Shown here: in pieces, positions 1 through 10,006 of the stretch
Layout: the number at the start of each line of letters is the position of its first letter
Numbering within the stretch: the stretch's first letter is position 1
Source: Candidatus Buchananbacteria bacterium
Lineage (GTDB): Bacteria > Patescibacteriota > Patescibacteriia > 2-01-FULL-39-33
Length of the DNA stretch: 64,000 bases
Assembly (NCBI GenBank): GCA_903888345.1
Contig: CAISTG010000007.1
Coordinates: 1,075 to 65,074, forward strand
Reading direction: 5' to 3'
Translations under genes and position numbers: made by a program
The notes under the pieces: generated by a model
Told to the model about the DNA's origin: nothing
Databases searched by the model: none
What the model saw: the letters and a program-made list of their open reading frames with translations, nothing else

Positions 1-1
1 C

Positions 2-739
2 GGCTTATCCGACAAAGAAGCTAAAGTATATTTGGCGACCTTAGAATTAGGACAAGCGTCAGTTCAAGATATTTCCAAAAAGGCGAGCGTGAATCGTCCC
101 ACTACTTATGTAATCCTGGATTCCTTAATTAAAAAAGGTTTATGCAGCACTTATACCCATAAAGATAAAAAAGTTCGCTATATCGCGGAATCACCGGAAA
201 TGATTATTAGCGCCTTGGAATTAGAGAAAACAGAAATTGAAGAAAAACAGAAAAGAATTAATGATCTCATGCCACAGTTACGAGCGATTTATAACAAGCA
301 AGAAAATAAACCAGTAGTGAGATTTTTTGAAGGTAAAGAAGGCTTGCGAACCATGGTCCAAGAGCAGATGTCTACTAAGCCGGAAATCTTACGCTCCTTT
401 TATTCAATGGATGATTTGCGCAAAGTTTATTCGTCAGAAGAAATGAATAAGGCATATCAGGATCGGGTCTCCAGCAAAACTAAAAACAAGGCCATGTTCA
501 CCTTAAAGGAAGGCGAGGATCGTGCTAATCCTAGTTCCCTTGATGCCCGCATGAGAATTCCTGCCGATAAGTTTCCTATCAATTGCGATATTGCTTTTTT
601 TGATAATAAGGTCCGAATTGCCTCGCTTAAAGATAAGTTAAATGGCGTGATTATTGAGGATAAAAATATTTATGAAACTTTTGTATCGTTATTTGAATTG
701 GCCTGGATCGGTGCACAAAATCTGAATAAGAAAAAATAA
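2..739 (+). CDS. TrmB-family transcriptional regulator, 5'-truncated by the window edge
   Basis: Frame is open from position 2 (GLSDKEAKVYLATLELG...ISKKASVNRPTTYVILDSLIKKGL, wHTH) and contains the PVVRFFEGKEG motif typical of TrmB-like proteins. The true start is upstream of the window. Confidence 0.85.
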   Translation, partial: GLSDKEAKVYLATLELGQASVQDISKKASVNRPTTYVILDSLIKKGLCSTYTHKDKKVRYIAESPEMIISALELEKTEIEEKQKRINDLMPQLRAIYNKQENKPVVRFFEGKEGLRTMVQEQMSTKPEILRSFYSMDDLRKVYSSEEMNKAYQDRVSSKTKNKAMFTLKEGEDRANPSSLDARMRIPADKFPINCDIAFFDNKVRIASLKDKLNGVIIEDKNIYETFVSLFELAWIGAQNLNKKK

Positions 740-752
740 CTAACATCAACTA

Positions 753-782
753 AAAACGACCAGCCCGCAAGCTGGTCGTTTT
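753..782. terminator. Probable bidirectional intrinsic terminator
   Basis: Perfect 12-bp inverted repeat aaaacgaccagc-ccgcaa-gctggtcgtttt between convergent genes. Confidence 0.8.
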
Positions 783-793
783 GTATTGCCGAA

Positions 794-1102
794 TTAAAAT
801 TTTTCTAAGCGCAGATTTTCTAAATCTGTCCCGCATAAATTGCAACTGTCCAAGCCAATATATACCTCTGTCTGGTCTACCGGAATTTCTAGTTTGGTTT
901 CTTCTAATATGTATTCCAGTCCCTCTTGATCAATGCCCTGCGTGAAGCCGCAGCCATGGCAAAATAAGGCCATTGTTGCTCCTTCTGCTAGAGTTGCTTT
1001 GATAGTATCAGGCTTAGGAAGGTGTCCTCCAGTAGCCGCCGGCCGGCGTACGCGGCCGAGCAGTTCGGCGGGAATTTTGTTATCTTGCTCGTTTGATTTC
1101 AT
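794..1102 (-). CDS. Hypothetical protein, possible Zn-binding (two CxxC)
   Basis: 102-aa ORF with CHGC and CNLC. Start overlaps the end of the upstream ORF. Confidence 0.6.
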   Translation of the reverse strand: MKSNEQDNKIPAELLGRVRRPAATGGHLPKPDTIKATLAEGATMALFCHGCGFTQGIDQEGLEYILEETKLEIPVDQTEVYIGLDSCNLCGTDLENLRLEKF

Positions 1103-1676
1103 TTTTTTCTAATTTATATTTAAACCATTGTACAACGGCCAAGGCCTCGCTGGAAATAAAGTCTTTCCATTTAGCGCTTTCAGTTTTTGAATCAATGCCC
1201 TCGTAAATTATCAATTGATCCGCTTTGTATTCTGGCTTTTGCCAGCCAGAAGCATCCAGCGTCACTTCGATGTAAGAAATATCATCAAGATAGATTTTAA
1301 AATAGCCATCGACTCCCAGAGCATAGTCCATGGGTGAGCCGACCGCAGTATAAAATTTAACTTGATCGTAACTTATACCTTTAAATAAGTCTTTCTTGCC
1401 CGCTCTCTCAAAAATTTCTTGGCCTTGAGCAGTTAATATTTCCGCTATGGCACATTGAACTTGATAGGCAAAATCAGCCTCCGCATCGGTCGGCTCTGAA
1501 CCTTCTGGTTGGTTGGCTTCGACTAAGCGATACATTTCACCTTTCGACATTCTGAATTTGTCATAGTTGTTTTTCCAGTATTCGAAGGAGATTCGTTTTG
1601 GCTCAGCCACTTCTCCGAGTAGTTCTGCTTCAATTTGATTGCCGGTATAGCCGTAATCTCGTTTTACAAAGCCCAT
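1080..1676 (-). CDS. Hypothetical protein
   Basis: 198-aa ORF co-oriented with the LCP gene, 10 nt downstream of it. No family recognised. Confidence 0.7.
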   Translation of the reverse strand: MGFVKRDYGYTGNQIEAELLGEVAEPKRISFEYWKNNYDKFRMSKGEMYRLVEANQPEGSEPTDAEADFAYQVQCAIAEILTAQGQEIFERAGKKDLFKGISYDQVKFYTAVGSPMDYALGVDGYFKIYLDDISYIEVTLDASGWQKPEYKADQLIIYEGIDSKTESAKWKDFISSEALAVVQWFKYKLEKNEIKRAR

Positions 1677-1686
1677 ATTTTTATAA

Positions 1687-3288
1687 TTATTTACCTAAGA
1701 TGATCAAAATGTCTGACGTTGACTTCAAACCAGTGGGAGGCGTTGAAACTTTAACGCCGTAAATCGCTTGCAATTCAGAAATGGTTAATTGGTTTTTGCC
1801 ACCACTATAATCATAAATCTTGACGCTAGTGTAGCCCTTCGAGGCTGAATTGCCGGCGCCAGAAACAGTGAAGCCTTTAGCTCGAAGAGCGGCCGCTTCT
1901 TTGCTGGCCCAACCCTCGATAACCGTGCCATTTAAGACTTGAATGCTTGCCTTTTCATTTTGGTAGGTTAATTCTTTATCGGCTGATGGTTCTAGACTGG
2001 GAACCTCGGTGGTGGTATTAATTTGATTATTCACACTAGTAGGTGTCGTGGTAGCAGTACTAGTGGTAGTTGATTTGCTGGTAGAAGTGGCTGGCGTAGT
2101 GCTAATATTCTTGAATTCGGCCCACTTGGTTTGATCAATGGCAATCGTTGAGGTGCCCATGGTGAAGATGTTGTCAAAAACATAACTGATTTTATCGTAA
2201 TTGCCGCCATAAGGCAAGAGCACATAAGCGCCATTAGCCATCTGATCGTAAAGTAGGGGATTTTTGCCGTCTACTAGACTATAGGTAATTGGATGTTCGT
2301 AATCAACTTTGTCAGCGAACTTTAATAATTTCAACATTTCCCAAAGTTGTAAATTGGTATGTACATTTTTATTGTAGGAATCAAGCAAGCTAGAAATCTT
2401 CGTTGGATTGAGAGCAAAGTTGTATTTGAGGATTTTATCTTTCAGAGCTAATAAGATTTTTTGTTGGCGTTTGGAACGCGCAAAATCAGAACCTTCACCG
2501 CCCAAACCATGGCGGGAACGCGCATACTTCAGAGCAGTGGCGCCATCGAAATGATGCCAGCCAGTTTTAATCACTAACCTTTCGAAACGTGATTCGATTG
2601 GATAAGCATCCTCACGGCCGCGAATCGGATAAGCATTATCAATTAAATCATTATCAACGTAAACATCGATGCCACCGAATTCATCAATTAGCTTTTCAAA
2701 ACCATCAAAGTCAATTACGGCGTAATATTGGATATCGGTTTTGAGTAGATCGCTTAAAAAGGTGCGCGTGGCTTCACCGCCGGAATTTGGTTCTTTTCTT
2801 TCCGCATAAGCATTGATCGCGTTAATTTTGACCCAGCCCAAGTTCTGTGCCTTGACGTATAAATCACGAGGGATCGACATCATGGCAATTTGATTGGTTG
2901 ATGGCTTCAGTGACCCCATAATAATAGTATCGGCGAGAGTGCCACCCTCATGATCCTGGCCACCAATACCGATGAGGGCAAAGTTAATACGATCATTAGC
3001 TTCACCTTGCAGGGAGCGGTCTCCAGAAACAATTAAGCCACTGACTTGACCCAAAAAGTTTAAACTACTGAGGTTTTTGATCAAATTCTCATTAGAAAAG
3101 GCCACCGATGAGGCAAAAACCGTAAAAGCAATGACTGCCACAATTACTAGGCTGGCCAAAAGTTTCTTGATTTTTCTGCCCCGGCTCGGTTTTCTTATTT
3201 TTGTCGCCTCCGGCTTGGTAAAATTGACGGAATCGTCGTTATGTGGTGGGGTATTAGCAATAAAGTTAATTTTAACTTGGTCGGACAT
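1687..3288 (-). CDS. LCP (LytR-CpsA-Psr) family glycopolymer transferase with C-terminal LytR_C domain
   Basis: N-terminal TM helix; motifs ADTII, SIPRD, ALKYARSRH, DFARSKRQQ; Thr/Ser-rich linker; IQVLNGT-type LytR_C tail. Confidence 0.9.
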   Translation of the reverse strand: MSDQVKINFIANTPPHNDDSVNFTKPEATKIRKPSRGRKIKKLLASLVIVAVIAFTVFASSVAFSNENLIKNLSSLNFLGQVSGLIVSGDRSLQGEANDRINFALIGIGGQDHEGGTLADTIIMGSLKPSTNQIAMMSIPRDLYVKAQNLGWVKINAINAYAERKEPNSGGEATRTFLSDLLKTDIQYYAVIDFDGFEKLIDEFGGIDVYVDNDLIDNAYPIRGREDAYPIESRFERLVIKTGWHHFDGATALKYARSRHGLGGEGSDFARSKRQQKILLALKDKILKYNFALNPTKISSLLDSYNKNVHTNLQLWEMLKLLKFADKVDYEHPITYSLVDGKNPLLYDQMANGAYVLLPYGGNYDKISYVFDNIFTMGTSTIAIDQTKWAEFKNISTTPATSTSKSTTTSTATTTPTSVNNQINTTTEVPSLEPSADKELTYQNEKASIQVLNGTVIEGWASKEAAALRAKGFTVSGAGNSASKGYTSVKIYDYSGGKNQLTISELQAIYGVKVSTPPTGLKSTSDILIILGK

Positions 3289-3528
3289 GGTGATTAAATT
3301 AAATATTCTTAAAAAACGCCAACAGTTTGTGGTTATTTAGGCGTTAAAGTTGGCTGATAAATCAATTGTTATTATATCAGATATTTGGCATATCGCCAAG
3401 TTTGATCAATTGAGGTCAATTGGTGGTGGTTACCCCTTGATTTTATCTTGCCTTTTATGTTATTATTATATTAGTTATCAACAGGTTATGAGAGTCGATA
3501 TACTAATTTAAAATTTAGATATTTTTTC

Positions 3529-4122
3529 ATGGACAACTTATTAAGTAGTAACTTACCTCAAGAGAGTAAGTCAAAATGGCAGGCTATTTCTGAATTTTTC
3601 TGGGAAATGGTTCGGGTCGCCATTATATCACTGGTCATTATCTTACCGGTTCGCTATTTTTTGATCCAACCCTTTTATGTTAAAGGAGCTTCAATGGAGC
3701 CGAATTTTTTTGATCATGAATATCTGATTATTGATGAAATCGGCTATCGTTTTACGCCACCACAACGTGGAGATATTGTGGTCTTTAAATATCCTAAGGA
3801 TCCGAAACAATACTTCATTAAGCGTGTAATCGGCTTGCCCGGGGAAAAGATTAAAGTCCAGAATAATGCCATTTATGTTAATGGTACTAAATTAAACGAG
3901 TCCTATTTACCAGCAACCACCGAAACTTTACTGCCTTTACGTGGCTATGGTGATATTACTCTAGCAAATGACGAATATTTTTTATTAGGAGATAATCGAG
4001 AGCAAAGTTTGGATTCCCGAATTTTTGGACCAGTGCAAAGAGATTTTATTGTCGGTCGCACCTGGATTCGAGGTTGGCCCTTTAACCGGGTAACTGTTTT
4101 TGATCGTCCTAATTATCAATAA
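3529..4122 (+). CDS. lepB: Signal peptidase I
   Basis: GASMEP (catalytic Ser), FIKRVIGLPG (Lys), GDNREQSLDSR boxes. Confidence 0.95.
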   Translation: MDNLLSSNLPQESKSKWQAISEFFWEMVRVAIISLVIILPVRYFLIQPFYVKGASMEPNFFDHEYLIIDEIGYRFTPPQRGDIVVFKYPKDPKQYFIKRVIGLPGEKIKVQNNAIYVNGTKLNESYLPATTETLLPLRGYGDITLANDEYFLLGDNREQSLDSRIFGPVQRDFIVGRTWIRGWPFNRVTVFDRPNYQ

Positions 4123-4165
4123 ATCAATCCTGATCGGATTTAAAAATTTTCAACTTTAATTTAAT

Positions 4166-5680
4166 ATGCCACGCATGAAAAAAACAATGATTGAAGAAGT
4201 ACCCAAAAAGAAAACAAGTCGCGGTAAGAAAGAAATTATTACCGTTACTGGTATGAGGGATATTTTGCCGCAAGACCAGAAATACTGGCAAGCGGTTTAT
4301 AATTCCACCAAAAAAATCGCCAATGATTACGGTTATGGCTTGATTGATACGCCAATTTTGGAATACGCTGAACTGTATGTTAAAAGTACCGGCAAACAAA
4401 CTGATCTTGTTGAAAAGGAGATGTATTCTTTTACTGATCAGGGAGGTGACTTTTTGGCCGCTAGACCAGAAGGAACTCCGGGAGTGGTTCGAGCTTATAT
4501 CCAGCATGGCATGGTTAATTTACCGCAGCCAGTTAAGATGTTTTATCATGGTCCGATGTTTCGACATGAAAAGCCTCAGACCGGACGTTATCGCCAATTG
4601 CATCAAGCGGGATTTGAAGCAATCGGTGAAGATGGTCCAACTCTTGATGCCCAGTTAATTTTGATGGGTTATAATATTATGAATGATCTTGGTGTCGATG
4701 TTGTTGTTCAAGTTAATTCAATTGGTTGCGTTAATTGCCGCGAAGAATATAAGAAGGCTTTAGTTAAATATTATAAGCAACACAGTAAGGTCTTGTGCGA
4801 AAATTGCTTATTGCGCATGAATAAGAATCCGATGCGCTTATTGGATTGTAAGGAACTAGGCTGTCAGCCGATCAAGGAGGAAGCACCGCAGATTTTGGAT
4901 TATTTGGATGATGATTGCAAAAAGCATTTCATGAAGGTTCTAGAATATTTGGATGAGTTGAATCTTCCTTATAACTTGAATCCACGAATCGTTCGTGGCC
5001 TTGATTATTATAACCGTACCGTTTTTGAGTATTGGTCTGCCGATGACATTGAGGGCAAAAGCGCTTTGGGCGGTGGCGGTCGTTTTGATGGCTTAGTCGA
5101 GTTAATGGGTGGTCGTGAGAACACCCCGGCCTGTGGTTTTTCTTTAGGAGTTGATCGCGTCGTGGCGAAACTAAGAGAAAAAGAAACTATAGTGCCAGAT
5201 GATTATCAACCCGATATCTTCTTTGCTCAGTTAGGTGAGAGCGCCAAGAAGCAAGCGATTGTTTTGTATGAAAGTTTGAGGAAGAAATTCAAAATGTCGC
5301 AAGCCTTTTATAAGGATAGCTTAAAGGCACAACTAGAATCTGCTAATCGCTTTAAAGTTAAATACTGTTTGATCCTGGGTCAGAAAGAAGTTAATGAGGA
5401 TACGATCATGTTGCGCGATATGAATGGTGGTGTCCAAGAAATTATTGGTTTAGGAAAGCTAGAAGCAGAATTGATTAAACGCTTAGAGAAGTATACTAGC
5501 GAAGATGGCGTCGAGATTATTGATACTGATGAAACCCGCGCCGCTTTGGTTAGCAAGAAACGTCCGCACACTCAAGAACGTGATACTGAAGAAAATAATC
5601 TAGATGATATTGGAGATTTGAGCAGCGGCTTTACGGCCATCGAGGATGAAGTTGAAGCCGGTACTCCCGACGACTACTAA
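4166..5680 (+). CDS. hisS: Histidine--tRNA ligase with acidic C-terminal extension
   Basis: RPEGT, FRHEKPQTGRYRQ, RGLDYY and GGGRFDGL motifs. Confidence 0.96.
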   Translation: MPRMKKTMIEEVPKKKTSRGKKEIITVTGMRDILPQDQKYWQAVYNSTKKIANDYGYGLIDTPILEYAELYVKSTGKQTDLVEKEMYSFTDQGGDFLAARPEGTPGVVRAYIQHGMVNLPQPVKMFYHGPMFRHEKPQTGRYRQLHQAGFEAIGEDGPTLDAQLILMGYNIMNDLGVDVVVQVNSIGCVNCREEYKKALVKYYKQHSKVLCENCLLRMNKNPMRLLDCKELGCQPIKEEAPQILDYLDDDCKKHFMKVLEYLDELNLPYNLNPRIVRGLDYYNRTVFEYWSADDIEGKSALGGGGRFDGLVELMGGRENTPACGFSLGVDRVVAKLREKETIVPDDYQPDIFFAQLGESAKKQAIVLYESLRKKFKMSQAFYKDSLKAQLESANRFKVKYCLILGQKEVNEDTIMLRDMNGGVQEIIGLGKLEAELIKRLEKYTSEDGVEIIDTDETRAALVSKKRPHTQERDTEENNLDDIGDLSSGFTAIEDEVEAGTPDDY

Positions 5681-5752
5681 ATTAAACTACAAAAGTTAGC
5701 AATTGCGCTTTTGGTTTAAATAAATATTAAAAAAGAAAGTGAGGTGAAATTT

Positions 5753-5998
5753 GTGGCAGAAGTAAAAAGAAAAAAAGGAGAAACTTTCGAGTCTTTAGTT
5801 AGACGTTTTTCTAAGAAGGTCCAGCAAAGCGGCCGTTTATTACAGGTGCGTAAAATCAGATTCAAGACGAAGCAAAAAAACAAAACCGCCGTCCGTTCTG
5901 CTGCTGCCCGACGACAGGAAATTACTGCTAAGAGAGAATATTTGAAGAAAATCGGCAAGCTTATTGAAGAACCAAAATACCAAAATCGAAAAAAGTAA
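5753..5998 (+). CDS. rpsU: 30S ribosomal protein S21
   Basis: VKRKKGETFESLVRRFSKKVQQSG pattern, very basic, upstream of yqeY (conserved rpsU-yqeY synteny). GTG at 5753 follows SD-like GAGGTG at 5741-5746; the track uses 5744. Confidence 0.8.
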   Translation: MAEVKRKKGETFESLVRRFSKKVQQSGRLLQVRKIRFKTKQKNKTAVRSAAARRQEITAKREYLKKIGKLIEEPKYQNRKK

Positions 5999-6107
5999 TC
6001 TAAATCTTTAGATCTGGCGCCAAGCTAGTTTAGTAATAAACGAGGTTGGTGCCGCTGTGAAGAGTTAGTATTATGCTTTTAACTTTCAACTTTAAGACCA
6101 AAACAAT

Positions 6108-6563
6108 ATGTTGGATCAACAAATTAATCAGGCTTTTATGGAAGCCTACAAAGCTAAGGATGAATTTGCCGTCTCTATTTTAAGGATGATCAAAAGTTCG
6201 ATCATGAATAAGAAGATTGATAAGTTAATGCCGAAGGAAGAGGCTCTTGCTGATGAGGAAGTTTTGGCAGTTTTAAAATCTGAAGTTAAGAAGCGCTTAG
6301 ATTCCGTTACTTCCTATACTCAAGGTGGACGTAGCGACTTAGCCGAAACCGAACAAAAAGAAGCGGAGTTTATTAAGAAGTTTTTGCCCGAAGAAATGAC
6401 GGAAGAGGCGGTTAGAGAGATTGCTGTAGCGGTTATCACTGAAGTCGGTAATCCGGGAATGAGTGGTTTTGGTAAGATTATGGGAGCAGTGATGGCTAAA
6501 ACCAAAGGCGCTGCCGATGGTACTGTTGTTTCTAAGGTGGTTAAAGAAGAATTGGCGAAGTAA
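6108..6563 (+). CDS. GatB/YqeY domain protein
   Basis: AYKAKD...LRMIKS, KKRLDS..Y..GGR.DLA..E..E, GKIMGAVM...G.ADG..VS..VK motifs. Confidence 0.92.
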   Translation: MLDQQINQAFMEAYKAKDEFAVSILRMIKSSIMNKKIDKLMPKEEALADEEVLAVLKSEVKKRLDSVTSYTQGGRSDLAETEQKEAEFIKKFLPEEMTEEAVREIAVAVITEVGNPGMSGFGKIMGAVMAKTKGAADGTVVSKVVKEELAK

Positions 6564-6570
6564 CTCCACC

Positions 6571-6597
6571 GTCATTCCCGCGTCGGCGGGAATCCAG
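6571..6597. repeat. Short palindromic repeat (GTCATTCCCGCG...GCGGGAATCCAG), dRS3-like core
   Basis: Contains ATTCCC-N8-GGGAAT. Same GTCAT-initiated family as other palindromes in the window. Confidence 0.7.
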
Positions 6598-6748
6598 TGA
6601 ACAGACAGAGTATCGGTGATTGACGAAGTAGGGTTATAATTTTATCGTTGCGATTTCTTTAATGGGGGATCAAAAACGATTTCAATATAAAAATTAAGGA
6701 AGGTGACATTATGACAGGCTTTAACCGGCTGGTCATAAAACAAACAAT

Positions 6749-9700
6749 ATGAATAAAAAACGACTTTTTTCCATGCAAAGGTCGAGCAGCACCAAAAACA
6801 CTTTGGCGGTTTTTTTGGTGTTTTGTATTACTTTGCTTGGTTATGGTTTATTGGCGGTTCCGGCGCAAGCGGTCAGTCAGCTCGTTCCAACAATGGATCA
6901 GAGTTTTACTGGATCAGGTCTGCCAATGGTAAGCTTAACGGTGTTTATTGTTGGAATCATTCGTATTTTCTTTGGCTTGTTAGGCGTGATTGCTTTGGCA
7001 CTATTAATCTACGGAGGCGTGATCTGGATGACTTCAGCTGGTGATCCGGGTAAAGTTACAAAAGCTAAACAAATTATTTATAACACTGTTATTGGTTTAA
7101 TTGTTATCTTTTCGGCTTTTGCGATTTCTTCATTTTTAATTAATTTTTTAAGAGGTACGACTGGCACTGGAGGCACTGGTGGTGGCAATATCCCTGGTGG
7201 TATCGGCGATTTTGGTCGTTCTGGTATTGGCGCCGGTCCAATTGAAAGTGTTTACCCTCACCCCAATCAGATTAATGTCCCAATTAATTCGCGAATTGCT
7301 GTTACCTTTAAGGAGGCAATTATACCGAATAGTATTTGTGTTCCCGCTGGCAATGGCACTTGCGACGGTGGCGAAATGAAAAATATTAGTATCTGTGAAA
7401 TTTCCGCTACTAGTACTAATGCTGCTTGCTTGGGCGGGGTATATGATGTTGCTGCTTATGGTAGTACAACCGTGGCTCAAGTTTCTCCGACTGATTTCAA
7501 GACGTTCGTTTTTAGAACTAAGAAATATTTAGGTGCCGATGATGGTAAAACTCGTATTTTTAAAGTAGTTTTGGGTAATGGTATCATGGCCTCTTCGACC
7601 GGTAAATCAATTTTTACTGGTTATCGCTCCGATTCCTATGTTTGGTCTTTTAAGACTAACGGCGTTTTGGATCTAACACCGCCAGAAGTTGCGCAATTTC
7701 AAATTTATCCAAATCCTGATAATGTCGCCGACGATTACTTTGTTGATACTGCGGCTATTGCCGGTAATGCTCGTATTACAATGACTGGCCAGCCAACCGC
7801 TTATCATCCAGTAATGGTGCGAAATGCTGATACTGGTAAGGATATTCCATATTTTGCTAACGCATTAGTTAACGTCCCCTTAGCTACGACAACTAACGGC
7901 GAGTTAGCTACTGGATTTAAGTTGTATTTTAATGGAACGATTTATAGCTCAAGCACTGGTACAGCAGCTAAGAATTATGATTTTACTGTTAGTTCTGATG
8001 GTATGACGGCCAATTTAATTGGCGATTGGTCTGAATTGGGTGTTTCTGGTAACTCTTTGCCAATTCGAAGTCATCGACAAATCAGTACTAACGCCGGCTT
8101 TTCCTTGACGGCAACCGGAGACTTACCTCAGGCGAGTGGTTGGAGGTTAATTGTTACTCCCGAAACTCCTCTAACTCAGGCCAATACAATTATTTTTGCT
8201 AATGGTAGTACGACCTATCCTTTTGCTTATGTTTCTTTATCTCAATATGCTTATCCGAGTACGTTGACGGCCAAAGTTACACAACCAGATGGTTCGCTTG
8301 CGGTTAAGACGGTGAATACGATTGCGATTGGTCTTAATTCAGAAGCAACGATTGCCAATACGGTCAGTGCATTTAATCGAGTTTTAAGAACTTTAATTAC
8401 TGCTACCGCTACCGAGACAGGCGTTTCAATCGTCCCTGTTAGTGCTGGTCGGAACAGTTTAACTTTGACTGGTTTTGGCGTGGGAACAGCTAACTTATCT
8501 GGTACCGATCGCATCTCTGGGCGGCGCGCCTTGCCGGTTGGCACTAAACTCGATCCTTATAATAATTCAATTTTTAGAATAACTTTTACTGAAGCAATTG
8601 CGCCACTTAATCTTGATAATTCAATTATTGTTACTGTTAATGGCGTGGCTGTAAATGCTTCAACCACGATTACTAACGGCTATAGAACTATCGAATTAGC
8701 TGGAACAAAAAGTTGTGGCTTGGCTAATTCCTGTGGTCAACCGATGTATTGTTGGCTGGATCCAAATGCTTCTACTGGAAGTTCTAGTCCGGTTAGTATT
8801 GAAATTAAAGCGGCGCGTTTACGTTTTTGTATTAATGGTGATGAAACTCAACCAGCTAATTCTTGGTGTAGTAGTTTTGGCGGTTCTTGTAATTCAAATA
8901 ATGATAATGGCCGTTGTAAGTTGACCAGCGGCTTATATTACCCGCAAGCATTTTGGGTTGCTGATAATCTTGCGACATTACGAGGGTTGGTCACTGGCGA
9001 CGAGGGGATTGTGGCGGCGCAAAATTTAGGCGTGGTTGATATGGCGGAAAATTCCTTTAATGGTAGTTTTGATCAAGCACCAACGAGCAAGGGTTATTTA
9101 AGTGGCAACGCTCAAGGGCGATCGGGGAGTGGTTTTGGTATGGGTAATAGCGATTCCTATAGCGCCAACAGCCATTTGACCGACAATAAATTCAATTACG
9201 AACCAAGTACTGTTTATGGTGATAATTTTAAATGGTCTTTCTTTGTTTCGTCACAAATCGATACTGCTTCACCTTTAATAAAGACCTTAGAACCGGTAGG
9301 CGATTATGCCTTGGGTAATGCGGTTGGTGAAAGTTTTGGACAGCCGGTTAAATTGGTTTTTAACACTTTAATGCGTTTAAGCAGCTTGAAGGGTGGTTTC
9401 GGTTATGGTAAAAACCAAGCTGATCCGGCCTGGAATATTCGTTATTTATTATTGAATACTATCACTAAAAGCGCTAACCCCGTCGGTTATTGGGCGAGTT
9501 CTGCTGATGTTGATTTTGATCAAGATGGCCTAGCAGATTATACGTCTACTGATTTAAATCATAATCCCTTTGATCAATCTGTTAGTTATGGGCCAGTGGC
9601 CGGTTCTGGTATCCAATCGATCACGCAAAATTGTTTCTTGCCTGGTAATGGTCCGCAGGGTGCCGGCGCATCCACAACGGCACCGGGAGCACCACTTAAT

Positions 9701-9973
9701 TCTTGTAATTATACTGCCGGGGGAGACACCCGTGGCTGTGTTACAGATTCTAACATTACTGATAGGGCTAAAATAGTTACTTCGACCAACCCCTCTTCTT
9801 ATGGTTATATGAATTGTGCCGATATTAGTGGCGCGGTAACTTGTGCAAATTCTTGCAAGGTACATAATGCAACCTCTACTAACTCGGCAAATGGTAGTTG
9901 GATTGTCACTAAGGACAAGTCCAATTTAAATGGCACCGGCGCTACTGGTTGTTGTTTTGGCAAATGTATATAA
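6749..9973 (+). CDS. Large surface protein: N-terminal VirB2/TrbC-like (T4SS_pilin-type) domain plus Ig-like (Big_5/SbsA-like) domains and Cys-rich C-terminus
   Basis: Signal-like N-terminus (AQA); two TM helices with YGGVIWMTSAGDPGKVTKAKQII..TVIGL; IESVYP..NQINVPINSRIAVTF.E Ig-like starts. Confidence 0.8.
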   Translation: MNKKRLFSMQRSSSTKNTLAVFLVFCITLLGYGLLAVPAQAVSQLVPTMDQSFTGSGLPMVSLTVFIVGIIRIFFGLLGVIALALLIYGGVIWMTSAGDPGKVTKAKQIIYNTVIGLIVIFSAFAISSFLINFLRGTTGTGGTGGGNIPGGIGDFGRSGIGAGPIESVYPHPNQINVPINSRIAVTFKEAIIPNSICVPAGNGTCDGGEMKNISICEISATSTNAACLGGVYDVAAYGSTTVAQVSPTDFKTFVFRTKKYLGADDGKTRIFKVVLGNGIMASSTGKSIFTGYRSDSYVWSFKTNGVLDLTPPEVAQFQIYPNPDNVADDYFVDTAAIAGNARITMTGQPTAYHPVMVRNADTGKDIPYFANALVNVPLATTTNGELATGFKLYFNGTIYSSSTGTAAKNYDFTVSSDGMTANLIGDWSELGVSGNSLPIRSHRQISTNAGFSLTATGDLPQASGWRLIVTPETPLTQANTIIFANGSTTYPFAYVSLSQYAYPSTLTAKVTQPDGSLAVKTVNTIAIGLNSEATIANTVSAFNRVLRTLITATATETGVSIVPVSAGRNSLTLTGFGVGTANLSGTDRISGRRALPVGTKLDPYNNSIFRITFTEAIAPLNLDNSIIVTVNGVAVNASTTITNGYRTIELAGTKSCGLANSCGQPMYCWLDPNASTGSSSPVSIEIKAARLRFCINGDETQPANSWCSSFGGSCNSNNDNGRCKLTSGLYYPQAFWVADNLATLRGLVTGDEGIVAAQNLGVVDMAENSFNGSFDQAPTSKGYLSGNAQGRSGSGFGMGNSDSYSANSHLTDNKFNYEPSTVYGDNFKWSFFVSSQIDTASPLIKTLEPVGDYALGNAVGESFGQPVKLVFNTLMRLSSLKGGFGYGKNQADPAWNIRYLLLNTITKSANPVGYWASSADVDFDQDGLADYTSTDLNHNPFDQSVSYGPVAGSGIQSITQNCFLPGNGPQGAGASTTAPGAPLNSCNYTAGGDTRGCVTDSNITDRAKIVTSTNPSSYGYMNCADISGAVTCANSCKVHNATSTNSANGSWIVTKDKSNLNGTGATGCCFGKCI

Positions 9974-10006
9974 TTTTTAATAAGATAAAACTCTTATCTA
10001 TTTAAC

